Origin: an uncultured Acidimicrobiia bacterium
GTDB lineage: Bacteria > Acidobacteriota > Terriglobia > Versatilivoradales > Versatilivoraceae
Direction of reading: 5' to 3'
Assembly: GCA_963786955.1 (NCBI GenBank)
Contig: CAWBAT010000008.1
Coordinates: forward strand, 384,001-448,000
DNA: 64,000 nt
The notes under the pieces were generated by a model. It worked only from the letters and a program-made list of their open reading frames with translations, searched no databases and was not told where the DNA came from. Position numbers and translations under genes: made by a program. Numbering within the stretch: the stretch's first letter is position 1; each line of letters opens with the position of its first letter. This document shows positions 22,810 through 32,051 of the stretch, in pieces.

Positions 22810-23844
22810 TCAGCTTTCTCTCGGAATGATAAAGAGGTCAATCTTGTCAGTACCACGGATTGCCGTGATCGATGATCTCTTTCCTACTCGTTCTTCGGTC
22901 AATAGCTTGTGAAGATCGTCGATCCCGCCAATGCTCTGATTATCCAGTCCAACAATCAGATCTCCCTCTTGTAATCCAGCCCGATTGGCCGGGCCATCCG
23001 GTTCCAAGGAGATGACGAGGACAGCGGAATCTGACGCCAGGTTGTAGAAACGGACCAGACGGCGGGGAATCGGTACATTCTGCCCAGCCAATCCAATAAA
23101 GCTGCGGCTGACTCGACCGTCTCGAATCAAATGGCTCGCCACATGTTTGGCCGTGTCGATTGAAGTGGCAAAACAGATACCTTGCGCCGGCAGAATAACT
23201 GCCGTATTCACTCCGATAACCTCTCCTCGTGAAGTGACCAGCGGTCCTCCAGAGTTGCCTGGATTCAAAGCGGCGTCCGTCTGAATAATGTTGTCCAGCA
23301 GCCTTCCGGACTGGGTTCTCAAAGAGCGGCCGAGCGCACTGACCACACCTGCGGTCACGGTGCATTGGAAGCCATAAGGGTTGCCAATGGCTACGACCAG
23401 TTGGCCAACTCGTATCGACTTCGATTCTCCCAGCGACACTGGAACGAGGCTTGGGGCAGTAATTCGGAGAACGGCCAGGTCCGTATCTGGATCATCTCCA
23501 ATCAATTCTGCTTGGTGGCGGTTTCCTTCGGGCAAAGTCACATCGATCCGGGATGCCTCATGAACCACGTGACTATTGGTCATAATGAATCCGTCAGGGG
23601 TGAAGATAAAGCCGGAGCCACTCCCTCGGCCTTCTCCGGGGAGTGGCGAGCCTCTCTTTTTTCCTTTGAGATTTTGTCGAACCTCGATGCTCACCACCGA
23701 GGGGCTCACTTTCTCGGCCACGCTGATGACGGCTTGAGAATAGGCATCGAGAAGGTGATCGTCTGCTTCTGAACGTTCGTACGACCGATCAAATTTCTGT
23801 TTTGTAATCGTTTCGCCTGCGATGAGATCCAGATCGAGTGGCAT
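22810..23844 (-). CDS. HtrA/DegP-family serine protease with one PDZ domain (no obvious signal peptide)
   Basis: GSGSGF, TNSHVV, DLAVL, IQTDAALNPGNSGGPL and a PDZ domain. Confidence 0.95.
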   Translation of the reverse strand: MPLDLDLIAGETITKQKFDRSYERSEADDHLLDAYSQAVISVAEKVSPSVVSIEVRQNLKGKKRGSPLPGEGRGSGSGFIFTPDGFIMTNSHVVHEASRIDVTLPEGNRHQAELIGDDPDTDLAVLRITAPSLVPVSLGESKSIRVGQLVVAIGNPYGFQCTVTAGVVSALGRSLRTQSGRLLDNIIQTDAALNPGNSGGPLVTSRGEVIGVNTAVILPAQGICFATSIDTAKHVASHLIRDGRVSRSFIGLAGQNVPIPRRLVRFYNLASDSAVLVISLEPDGPANRAGLQEGDLIVGLDNQSIGGIDDLHKLLTEERVGKRSSITAIRGTDKIDLFIIPRES

Positions 23845-23978
23845 GATTAGGCTTCTCCTTCAATAGCCTGAAGGGTTCCAGTGGAATATTGACCAGCAGT
23901 TCTTATTCGCGCGCAAACTGCACCGAGCGAAGGCAAGTTATGATTCGCTATCGCCTGCTCCGTGACATATGTTTGTAT

Positions 23979-24019
23979 GTAGTACCGGCTTCAGCCGGGC
24001 CGCCTAAAGGCGGTACTAC
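23979..24019. repeat. GTAG-type REP doublet
   Basis: GTAGTACCGGCTTCAGCCGG and CCGCCTAAAGGCGGTACTAC in inverted orientation. Confidence 0.8.
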
Positions 24020-24251
24020 CAACAGTCGGATCGCTGGCCCGGTGACTCTCACTCATAATATGCTGAACTCGAACTGTCAAATGCCTAACCTGGGAATGGA
24101 TCTGAACAGCTGTAGCCGGTGTGATTAGCCTGGGTCCAATGATTATTCAATTCGCAGACATCATACAGCGATGTCTGCGATTCTACTTACTGAGCGTGCG
24201 CGGGAGCACCCGCTCCACCTTGTGATACTGGAGCAACTAAGAAATTCGGGA

Positions 24252-24769
24252 TTACTTCAATCCTTCCACCATATGGAGTTCGCCCAGCATTTGGGAGATC
24301 GAGTAGGCGTAGGCCTTGCCGTCGGGAGCCATCTTGATATTGAACGCCACATTAACGCCCGCGCGGTCGGCAGGGCTGATCTGTTGGATCAACTCGCGGC
24401 GGCCAGCCCGTCCGCGATCTGCCGGGCGTAATCAATCGACTTCGGCACGCCCAGTTTTCCGCGCTTCAGCCGTTCTCGCAAGGACTCGCCTTCAAGCAAC
24501 TCGGTGACGAGGTAGGGCAAACCCTCATGGGTGCCGAGGTCGTAGATGGCGAGAATATGGGGGTGATTGAGAGCTCCGGTAGATTGGGCTTCCAGGGTGA
24601 AGCGACGCAGCCGTTCCTGGTCCGGGGCAAACGAGGAAGGAAGCACTTTGATGGCGACGTCGCGGTTCAGTCGCGTGTCCCGGGCTCGATACACGACGCC
24701 CATACCCCCCGCGCCGACTTGAGCGATCAGTTCATAGGGTCCCAGACGAGTCCCCGCTGGCAAGTTCAT
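24252..24769 (-). pseudogene. Internally deleted paralog of the adjacent Ser/Thr kinase-beta-propeller gene
   Basis: About 125 N-terminal kinase codons joined out of frame to a C-terminal tail GRRELIQQISPADRAG...APDGKAYAYSISQMLGELHMVEGLK*. Confidence 0.88.
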
Positions 24770-27342
24770 TTCAGCCCCTCAACCAAATGCAACTGAGAAA
24801 GCGTCTGCCGATAAGAATAGGCGTAGGAAAGTCCGTCTGGAGTGATGACCGGAGCACTGATATCAGGCACTCCAGCGGCATCCGGTGGAGCGACTTCTTT
24901 CCACAACTCCCTTTGGCCAGTCTTCCAGTTCACACGGTGTACTTTCGCCGGCAATGATCCTCTGCTCATCACATAGAGAAAAGTCCCGTCAGTATTCCAG
25001 GCGTAAGGCCGTTCTCCAATTTCAATCCCTTTGCAAATCACGAGGTCCCCGCCAGCTACCGGACATAGCATGACTTCCCCGGAAGCGTTAACCGCCACTG
25101 CGTATTTACCATCCGGACTGACCACGGGAATAGATGCAACAACGCCCTCCGGAGTGATAGCCCGCGGGGCACCGCCGCTGAGGTCTAGTGCATAGAGGCG
25201 CAAGCCATGCCCCGCCTCGTTGGCGAGAAACACTACTCCTTGAGTGTTCGGCAACCATTCCACGAAAACCACGGTATAACCCTGCAGGCGAAGTCGCCGC
25301 GGCTCTCCAGGGCCTACGGGAAGGATCGCCAGTTCGTCCCTTGATTCATCAATGGCCACCACCGATTTTCCATCCGGCGAAAGTCTGGGCCGGCTTACAT
25401 TTCCCAATTTCACGGCGGGAGAACCGTCAGTTTTTCGGTAATAGCCTACGGTGTGTTCGCCTGCACCCTCACCACTCTCAAAAAAAACAACCGCGCTGCC
25501 ATCCTTGGAAATGCCAGAGGCCAATGACCAGTCCATCCAGGAGAGGTCCCGCTGCCCTTTCTCGCCAGCTGCAACGAAACGCATTTTCATCTGCTGGCTG
25601 AGAGAGTTGAGTAGCACCCGACCGCTGTGGGATATATCTTCCAGCGTGAGGTTGCCGGTCTGAGGGAAAATCGTCCTCTGAGTTCCTGACATCGTCACCG
25701 CCAATAGTTCCCTCTTACTTCCCCCGGGCGCGGCGGTAAACCAAATTTCGTTGGTGGCCCTCATCCAGGCTAGACCCCAGGCTGAGCCCCATTTCCGTGT
25801 GAGAGTCTTGATTTGCCCATTCAGATCCACCGTAGCCACTTCACCGGAGTCGTCGTTAGCCCGAGCATGGTGAATAAATCCGATGCGGTCCCCGGTCGGG
25901 GAAAAACGCGGGTTCGAGATGAAACCGGCTGTTTGGTAGAGTACTTTACCAATCGGGAATTCCAATTGGTTGCCCTTTTCTCCGTCACGCACAATCGCAA
26001 GATTCCCGTCTGGGGACCAATCGGCCCATTGCACTTTCTCGAGGACTTCACGCGGAGCGCCGCCCGAAAACGGGACTCGGGCCAAGGTGCCAGTGGTTTG
26101 AAACGCAACGGTGCGCGGATTGAGTAGGACGGCCATCTCTCCCGACAGTGATACCGACAACAAACTGGCATTGGGGACTACCGGGGGATGATATTCGGGA
26201 CTATCAAACCGGATGGAAAAGATCTCGGTTGGATCGCCTTCCCATGAAGCGGAGTATACAAGGGTGTTGCCGTCAGGGGCAAAGCGGGCCGACGATACCT
26301 CGCCATGACGAAAGGTGAGGCGCTGAAAGATCGGCGGCGGCCGCGTTTCGCTGCGCGCTCCGATGAAATAAGAGATCACGCCTGTGGCTGCCCACAAGAA
26401 TATTCCGAGAGCAAGCGCCCATCCACTTAAAAAATTCTGCCGGCTCCCTTTAGCTTGGACCCCCGACTTTAACCCACTTCCCGAGAAAGTTTGCGAGATC
26501 TGCGAGAGTGAATCAAGCGCAAATGTTAAGTCTCGGGCGGATTGAAACCGTTCCTCCGGATTCTTCTCCAGGCAATGGCGTACCATCCGGTCCAGTGCCG
26601 GAGGCAGCGCACTCTCGAAGCTGGCCAGCTCCGGAGGTTCCTCATTCAAGATCGCACTCATCGTGTCAGCCGGCGTCGGTCCTCCAAATGCCCGCTGCCC
26701 GCTCAGCATCTCGTACAACACACAGCCGAAACTGAATATGTCGGAACGATGATCCACGGCCAAGCCCCGTACCTGTTCCGGGGACATATAGGCCACGGTG
26801 CCCAGCACCGCACCGGGCGAGGTTTCCAGCGAGAGCGTTCCATCCTTGGCGGCCGGCAACACCGAAGTGACCTTAGCCAACCCGAAGTCCAGAATCTTTA
26901 ACCGCCCTTCTTTGGTGATGAAAAGGTTTTCCGGTTTAATGTCTCGATGCGTGATGCCCTTGGCGTGTGCGGCGCTCAGGCCGTCGGCGATCTGCCGGGC
27001 GTAATCAATCGACTTCGGCACGCCCAGTTTTCCGCGCTTCAGCCGTTCGCGCAAGGACTCACCTTCGAGCAGTTCCGTAACAAGGTAAGGCAGACCTTCA
27101 TGGGTGCCGAGGTCGTAGATGGCTAGAATGTGGGGGTGATTAAGAGCGCCGGTAGATTGGGCTTCCAAGGTGAAGCGACGCAACCGTTCCTGGTCCGGGG
27201 CAAACGAGGAAGGAAGCACTTTGATGGCGACGTCTCGGTTCAGACGCGTATCTCGGGCTCGATACACTTCGCCCATGCCTCCCGCACCTAGGGGCGAGAG
27301 GATCTCATAAGGTCCAAGCTGAGTTCGCGGGGGGATAGCCAT
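24766..27342 (-). CDS. Hanks-type Ser/Thr protein kinase with TM helix and TolB-like (PD40) beta-propeller
   Basis: GAGGMG, VAIK, HRDIKPEN, DFGLAK, YMSPEQ, SDIFSFG; repeated SPDG units. Confidence 0.96.
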   Translation of the reverse strand: MAIPPRTQLGPYEILSPLGAGGMGEVYRARDTRLNRDVAIKVLPSSFAPDQERLRRFTLEAQSTGALNHPHILAIYDLGTHEGLPYLVTELLEGESLRERLKRGKLGVPKSIDYARQIADGLSAAHAKGITHRDIKPENLFITKEGRLKILDFGLAKVTSVLPAAKDGTLSLETSPGAVLGTVAYMSPEQVRGLAVDHRSDIFSFGCVLYEMLSGQRAFGGPTPADTMSAILNEEPPELASFESALPPALDRMVRHCLEKNPEERFQSARDLTFALDSLSQISQTFSGSGLKSGVQAKGSRQNFLSGWALALGIFLWAATGVISYFIGARSETRPPPIFQRLTFRHGEVSSARFAPDGNTLVYSASWEGDPTEIFSIRFDSPEYHPPVVPNASLLSVSLSGEMAVLLNPRTVAFQTTGTLARVPFSGGAPREVLEKVQWADWSPDGNLAIVRDGEKGNQLEFPIGKVLYQTAGFISNPRFSPTGDRIGFIHHARANDDSGEVATVDLNGQIKTLTRKWGSAWGLAWMRATNEIWFTAAPGGSKRELLAVTMSGTQRTIFPQTGNLTLEDISHSGRVLLNSLSQQMKMRFVAAGEKGQRDLSWMDWSLASGISKDGSAVVFFESGEGAGEHTVGYYRKTDGSPAVKLGNVSRPRLSPDGKSVVAIDESRDELAILPVGPGEPRRLRLQGYTVVFVEWLPNTQGVVFLANEAGHGLRLYALDLSGGAPRAITPEGVVASIPVVSPDGKYAVAVNASGEVMLCPVAGGDLVICKGIEIGERPYAWNTDGTFLYVMSRGSLPAKVHRVNWKTGQRELWKEVAPPDAAGVPDISAPVITPDGLSYAYSYRQTLSQLHLVEGLK

Positions 27343-27721
27343 TGTAAAGTATAGTTTCGAGGAATTCGGATGGCCCTACGATTATACAAAGTCATCAAAA
27401 TTATTGCCAAAGAGTCGTCTTCTGATGCAGACGTAAGTGAACGGAAGCAAGAGGATAAATTGATTCTTGTGAGTAATCAAGTATTTCGAGTAAAGCGAAA
27501 ATTAACGCCCAACAGGCGGCAACCCTTTGGCCTGACTCCCATGCAATTCAAAACTGGCCTTCAAACCAGCTTGTCTTCAAGGAGAATCCCCGCCACTAAG
27601 AATCTAATTTTACTTTTTCTTGTAACTTCTCAAAATTAGCTTTCTTTCTATCCTTTCCTAATGTCAAATATGATTTTTCCCGATTCCTAAGTGAAAGTTA
27701 TCCCAACTCAAGGGGAGCCCA

Positions 27722-28057
27722 TTGCGCCAAGAGAGACGAATTAATTCCAGAGCCCTGGATTCCTCTCAGATCCTGGTAGCTGGAAACGATATGTTCGGCG
27801 TCGCTTTCAAAGAGCGGACGTGTCTGATCGATCGAAGTGAGGGAGGCCTGTCATTAAGGCTTCTCCGACCTGTGGCAATTGGCGGAATGCTGGAGATTAG
27901 TTTCAGCCCGAATAGTCCAGAATCGAGTTTCTGGATTGATGTTAGAGTGTCTTGGGTCAATCACAGGTTGGATGGCTATCAATCGGTCGGAGTAAAAGCC
28001 AGGAGCCTCTCGCTGCTTAATGACTGGCTGAAATGGAAGGCCACGAAGCAGCCCTGA
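27722..28057 (+). CDS. Stand-alone PilZ-domain protein
   Basis: RxxxR (ERRINSR) and DxSxxG (DRSEGG) c-di-GMP-binding motifs. Confidence 0.7.
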   Translation: MRQERRINSRALDSSQILVAGNDMFGVAFKERTCLIDRSEGGLSLRLLRPVAIGGMLEISFSPNSPESSFWIDVRVSWVNHRLDGYQSVGVKARSLSLLNDWLKWKATKQP

Positions 28058-28291
28058 GGCGAAATGAGTTAACCTATTCAAGAGTAAATCCCTCTTCGCC
28101 GCGTTGAGAGCATCAAAGAGGCACCGCCCCATATCCCTCTCGAATTCAAGCGCCCCGCCCTTCCTGGAATTCTTCATTGCGAGTCGTCCTTATTTCCTGC
28201 AAGCCATTGGTGTTTTTCTCTGTGTCTCTTTCCTGCTGTGATTTACACTATAATGAAGCTGTTAAGACGCCAGCTCCAAGGACCTGAAACA

Positions 28292-29342
28292 ATGCCTCGA
28301 GACATTAAAATTGACCTCTTCAGCGACACTCTCACCAAGCCGACGTTGGGGATGCGACAGTTTATGTGCAATGCCGAAGTCGGAGATGAACAGAAAGGGG
28401 AAGACCCGACAGTCAATGATCTACAGGAAATGGTGGCCGATCTCTTGGGGAAAGAAGCGGCACTCTTCCTTCCATCCGGCACGATGTGCAACCTGATCTC
28501 CATCCGATTGCATTGCCGTCCCGGTGACGAAATTCTGCTCGACCGCACAGCTCATCCCTTGAACTCGGAAGGTGCCGGGGCGGCAGTACTTTCCGGGTCT
28601 CTCATTCAGGGGCTCTCCGGGGAGAGAGGAGTCTTTTTCGCCAGCGCAGCTGAAAGCGGCAATCCGTCCATTCAGCCGCTATCAACCGAAGACTCGCCTG
28701 GTCTCGGTGGAGCAGACGTCCAACATGGGGGGAGGGACCATTTGGCCGCTGGAGATAATTCGGGAGGTTTGCGTGGTGGGGCGAGAGCATCACTTACGCA
28801 CCCACATGGATGGAGCGCGATTGATGAATGCCGTTGTCGCGACAAAGATTCCGGCGAAAGAATATGCCAGCACTTTTGATTCGGTCTGGATTGATTTGAG
28901 CAAAGGATTGGGTGCCCCTGTCGGAGCCGTCCTGGCTGGCAGCAAAGAATTCATTACCGATGCCTGGCAATGGAAGCAACGACTTGGTGGAGCCATGCGA
29001 CAGGCCGGAATTATCGCGGCGGCTGGCATCTATGCTTTGCGGCATCATGTTGAAAGACTTGCGGAAGATCACGCCAATGCCAAGATGCTGGCGAATGGGC
29101 TAGCAGAGATTCCCAATCTAAAGTTAAATCCCCCTGAGGTTGAAACCAATATTGTCATCCTCGACGTCTCGAAAACAGGGCGTTCGTCACAGGAAGTCTC
29201 TGACCGCTTCCTGGAACACGGGCTGCGAATGAGTATCACTTCTCCCACCTGCCTGCGTGCCGTCACCCACCTGGATATCAGCCGCCAGCAGATTGAGGAG
29301 GCATTGCAAGTTGTCCGCAATGTTTTGCAGAGTCTCCGCTAA
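28292..29342 (+). CDS. ltaE: Low-specificity L-threonine aldolase (frameshift near 28640)
   Basis: DLFSDT, EDPTV, PSGTMCN, HMDGAR, LSKGLGAPVG and GGAMRQAG. Confidence 0.92.
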
Positions 29343-29468
29343 ACCCGCATTCCGAAATTGGGTGGGCGCAAAACCCACCCGATTTTAAAATCGACATTCA
29401 GCAATCGTCATTTTTCCCCTTTCTCAGCGGTTTCCTTTCGTCCTTTTTTCCGATATCCTTACGGCCTT

Positions 29469-30267
29469 ATGGTGACTCGGCAACTCATATTGATTGGGTG
29501 TCTCTTTTTCCTCGGTGCGCAGGGATTCCTCAGTCAAGGAAAAGACTCCGATCCGGAAGCCCGGAACCCGCTCGGCTTAGATAAAGCCGCCGTGGTTGCC
29601 GGGGGCGAGTCGTTTCAGTCAGGATGCGGATCTTGCCACGGTTCAAAAGGGCAAGGCGGGCGCGGCCCCAAATTGGCAGACAACTCTCGAGTACGGGAAA
29701 AGAGTGACAAGAAAATCTTCGATATCATTAAGTTTGGTGTGCCCGGAAGCGTAATGCCGCCTTCATCGCTTGATGAAACTCAAGTCTGGCAATTAGTTTC
29801 ATTTGTTCGCAGCTTGAATGCGAATGCTGCGGAACAAAATGTTCCGGGGGACGTGCTGGCTGGCGAAAGTTTGTTTTATGGCGTAAAGAAATGTTCTCAA
29901 TGCCATATGATCCGCGGGCGGGGAGGTCTGATCGGTCCGGATCTCTCCACGATTGGCGGGAAATCGGCCTGTTGAAAAGATGACCGAATCGATCAAAGAT
30001 CCTAATTTGGTCATCGAACCGGGGTTCTCGGCAGTTACAGTGGTGACACGCGATGGCCGGCGGATATCCGGAGTCGCAAAAAATAACAGCAATTTCAGTA
30101 TCCAGATCCTCGACGGCACGGGAACATACCATCTCCTTTTGAAAAAAGACCTCGCGGAGGTCATTCATCATCAGGACTCTTTGATGCCGCGGATTGATTT
30201 GACTGATTCGGAATTGCAGAATCTGTTGGCGTTTCTTAGTCGGCCAATCCCTCGGCATGCCGGTTGA
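29469..30267 (+). CDS. Di-heme c-type cytochrome with putative heme-binding accessory domain (frameshift near 29960)
   Basis: Signal peptide; CGSCH and CSQCH; GPDLS; SLMP. Confidence 0.88.
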
Positions 30268-30306
30268 TAAGATTAAAACGTTCGAACACGGCAAAGAAAA
30301 GGAACC

Positions 30307-31944
30307 ATGAAAAAATTCTTCTGGCTGCTCGTTTTGCTGGTCTTGCCTGTCAATGCCGATGTGACCTATCAAGATTTGCTGAAACCGGCGGCAGCCAATT
30401 GGCTTACTTATTCAGGAGACTTTACTTCCCGTCGTTATAGCCTATTGAATCAGGTTCAAACGGGAAATGTGAATAGTCTTGTCTCCAAATGGGTTTACAG
30501 CATCAAGGATGCCCAATATATCGAGACCACTCCTTTAGTTGTGGATGGAGTGATGTACCTGACGAATTCCAACGAAGTTTTTGCCTTGGACGCGCAAACG
30601 GGCCGCAGTCTCTGGTACTTCAAGTATACGAAGGCCAAAGCCGAGGGCGCCAATCGAGGGGTGGCAGTCTTGGGTGAGCGGGTTTACTTTGTTAGTAGCA
30701 ATGTCCATCTGATTGCGCTGCATGCCAAGACTGGAGCGCTTTTGTGGGACACGTCGTATGGGGATTTGGAAAAGTATCCCCAAATGTCCGCAAGTCTGGC
30801 CCCCATGGCCATCGACGGTAAGGTGATTACGGGAGTCAGTGGCGGGGAGTGGGGCATTCGAGGATTTGTGGCAGCCTTTGATGCCGTCTCCGGAAAAGAA
30901 CTCTGGCGCTTTAATACGATCCCCGGGCCGGGCGATCCGGGATTTGGAACTTGGGGAGATCATCCCATTGACATTTCAGGGGGCCCTACCTGGATGCCGG
31001 GCTCCTTCGATGTGGAGCAGAATCTGGTCATTTGGACGGTAGGGAATCCAGGGCCTGATTTTTTCGGAGAGATGCGTCCCGGAGATAACCTGTACACCGA
31101 CTGTGTGGTTGCCCTCGATGCGGAGACCGGCAAGCTTAAATGGTATTTTCAATTCACTCCCCACGATACGCATGATTGGGATGCACAGGAATTCCCAGTC
31201 TTGATCGATACGAACTTTCAAGGGAAACCAAGGAAATTGTTGGTACAGGCAAACCGCAACGGATTTTTTTATGTGTTGGACCGCACGAACGGGAAAATGC
31301 TGCTGGCGAAGCCGTTCGTGAAGAAGCTCACCTGGGCCAAAGGGATCCGTCCCGATGGCCGTCCGGAGGTGGTTCCTGACATGGATCCGACACCGGATGG
31401 GAAAAAGGTTTGCCCTGGAGTCAAAGGGGCGACTAACTGGTTTTCACCCTCTTACAATCCGGATACAGGATTGCTCTACGTCATGTCGATAGAGCAATGC
31501 GATATCTATTACAGCTCGGCGAGGGTTTACGTTAAAGGCGAAGCCTATGATGGAACGGCTGCAGATTCCATCCCCTCAGAACCCGGCCAGTTCTTCCTTC
31601 GTGCCATTGATGTTCAGACTGGAGAGATTCGCTGGGAAGTTCCCATGACCATAAAAGACACTATGGAGTCCTGGCCTGGCACTCTTGCGACAGCTGGTGG
31701 ATTGGTGTTTTATGCTGATAACGAAGGATATTTTTGCGCCGTCGATGCCCGCACTGGCAGGCAGCTCTGGCACTTCAACATGGGCCAGCGGGTTGTCGCC
31801 TCTCCCATGACGTATAGTGTCGATGGAAAACAGTACATTGCCATTGCGACAGCCACACAAATCTTTTCCTTTGGGTTGTTCGAACCAGTCCCGCCACTCC
31901 CCCAAAGTCTGAACGAGCGTTATGAAGGGCACAAGGGGAGGTAG
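30307..31944 (+). CDS. Secreted PQQ-type beta-propeller dehydrogenase (quinoprotein alcohol dehydrogenase-like)
   Basis: Signal peptide; ETTPLVVDGVMY, NRGVA, SGGEWG, GNPGP, PHDTHDWDA, ANRNGFFY and SPMTY. Confidence 0.93.
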   Translation: MKKFFWLLVLLVLPVNADVTYQDLLKPAAANWLTYSGDFTSRRYSLLNQVQTGNVNSLVSKWVYSIKDAQYIETTPLVVDGVMYLTNSNEVFALDAQTGRSLWYFKYTKAKAEGANRGVAVLGERVYFVSSNVHLIALHAKTGALLWDTSYGDLEKYPQMSASLAPMAIDGKVITGVSGGEWGIRGFVAAFDAVSGKELWRFNTIPGPGDPGFGTWGDHPIDISGGPTWMPGSFDVEQNLVIWTVGNPGPDFFGEMRPGDNLYTDCVVALDAETGKLKWYFQFTPHDTHDWDAQEFPVLIDTNFQGKPRKLLVQANRNGFFYVLDRTNGKMLLAKPFVKKLTWAKGIRPDGRPEVVPDMDPTPDGKKVCPGVKGATNWFSPSYNPDTGLLYVMSIEQCDIYYSSARVYVKGEAYDGTAADSIPSEPGQFFLRAIDVQTGEIRWEVPMTIKDTMESWPGTLATAGGLVFYADNEGYFCAVDARTGRQLWHFNMGQRVVASPMTYSVDGKQYIAIATATQIFSFGLFEPVPPLPQSLNERYEGHKGR

Positions 31945-32051
31945 TTTCTCATCCTAACCGTTAAACCCTATTAGGAAGCAAGTCTCTGGGGATCTATAAT
32001 TACTTAGACTGTCGTTTTGATCCGCCTTGAAGAGTCATTCCGTCCCCCATA

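Noticed and set aside
24389-24769. Assembly duplication of the kinase 5' end, or a diversity-generating retroelement TR/VR pair
   Set aside because: The copies differ at many synonymous sites and at their N-termini. The differences are not adenine-specific, and no reverse transcriptase is present.
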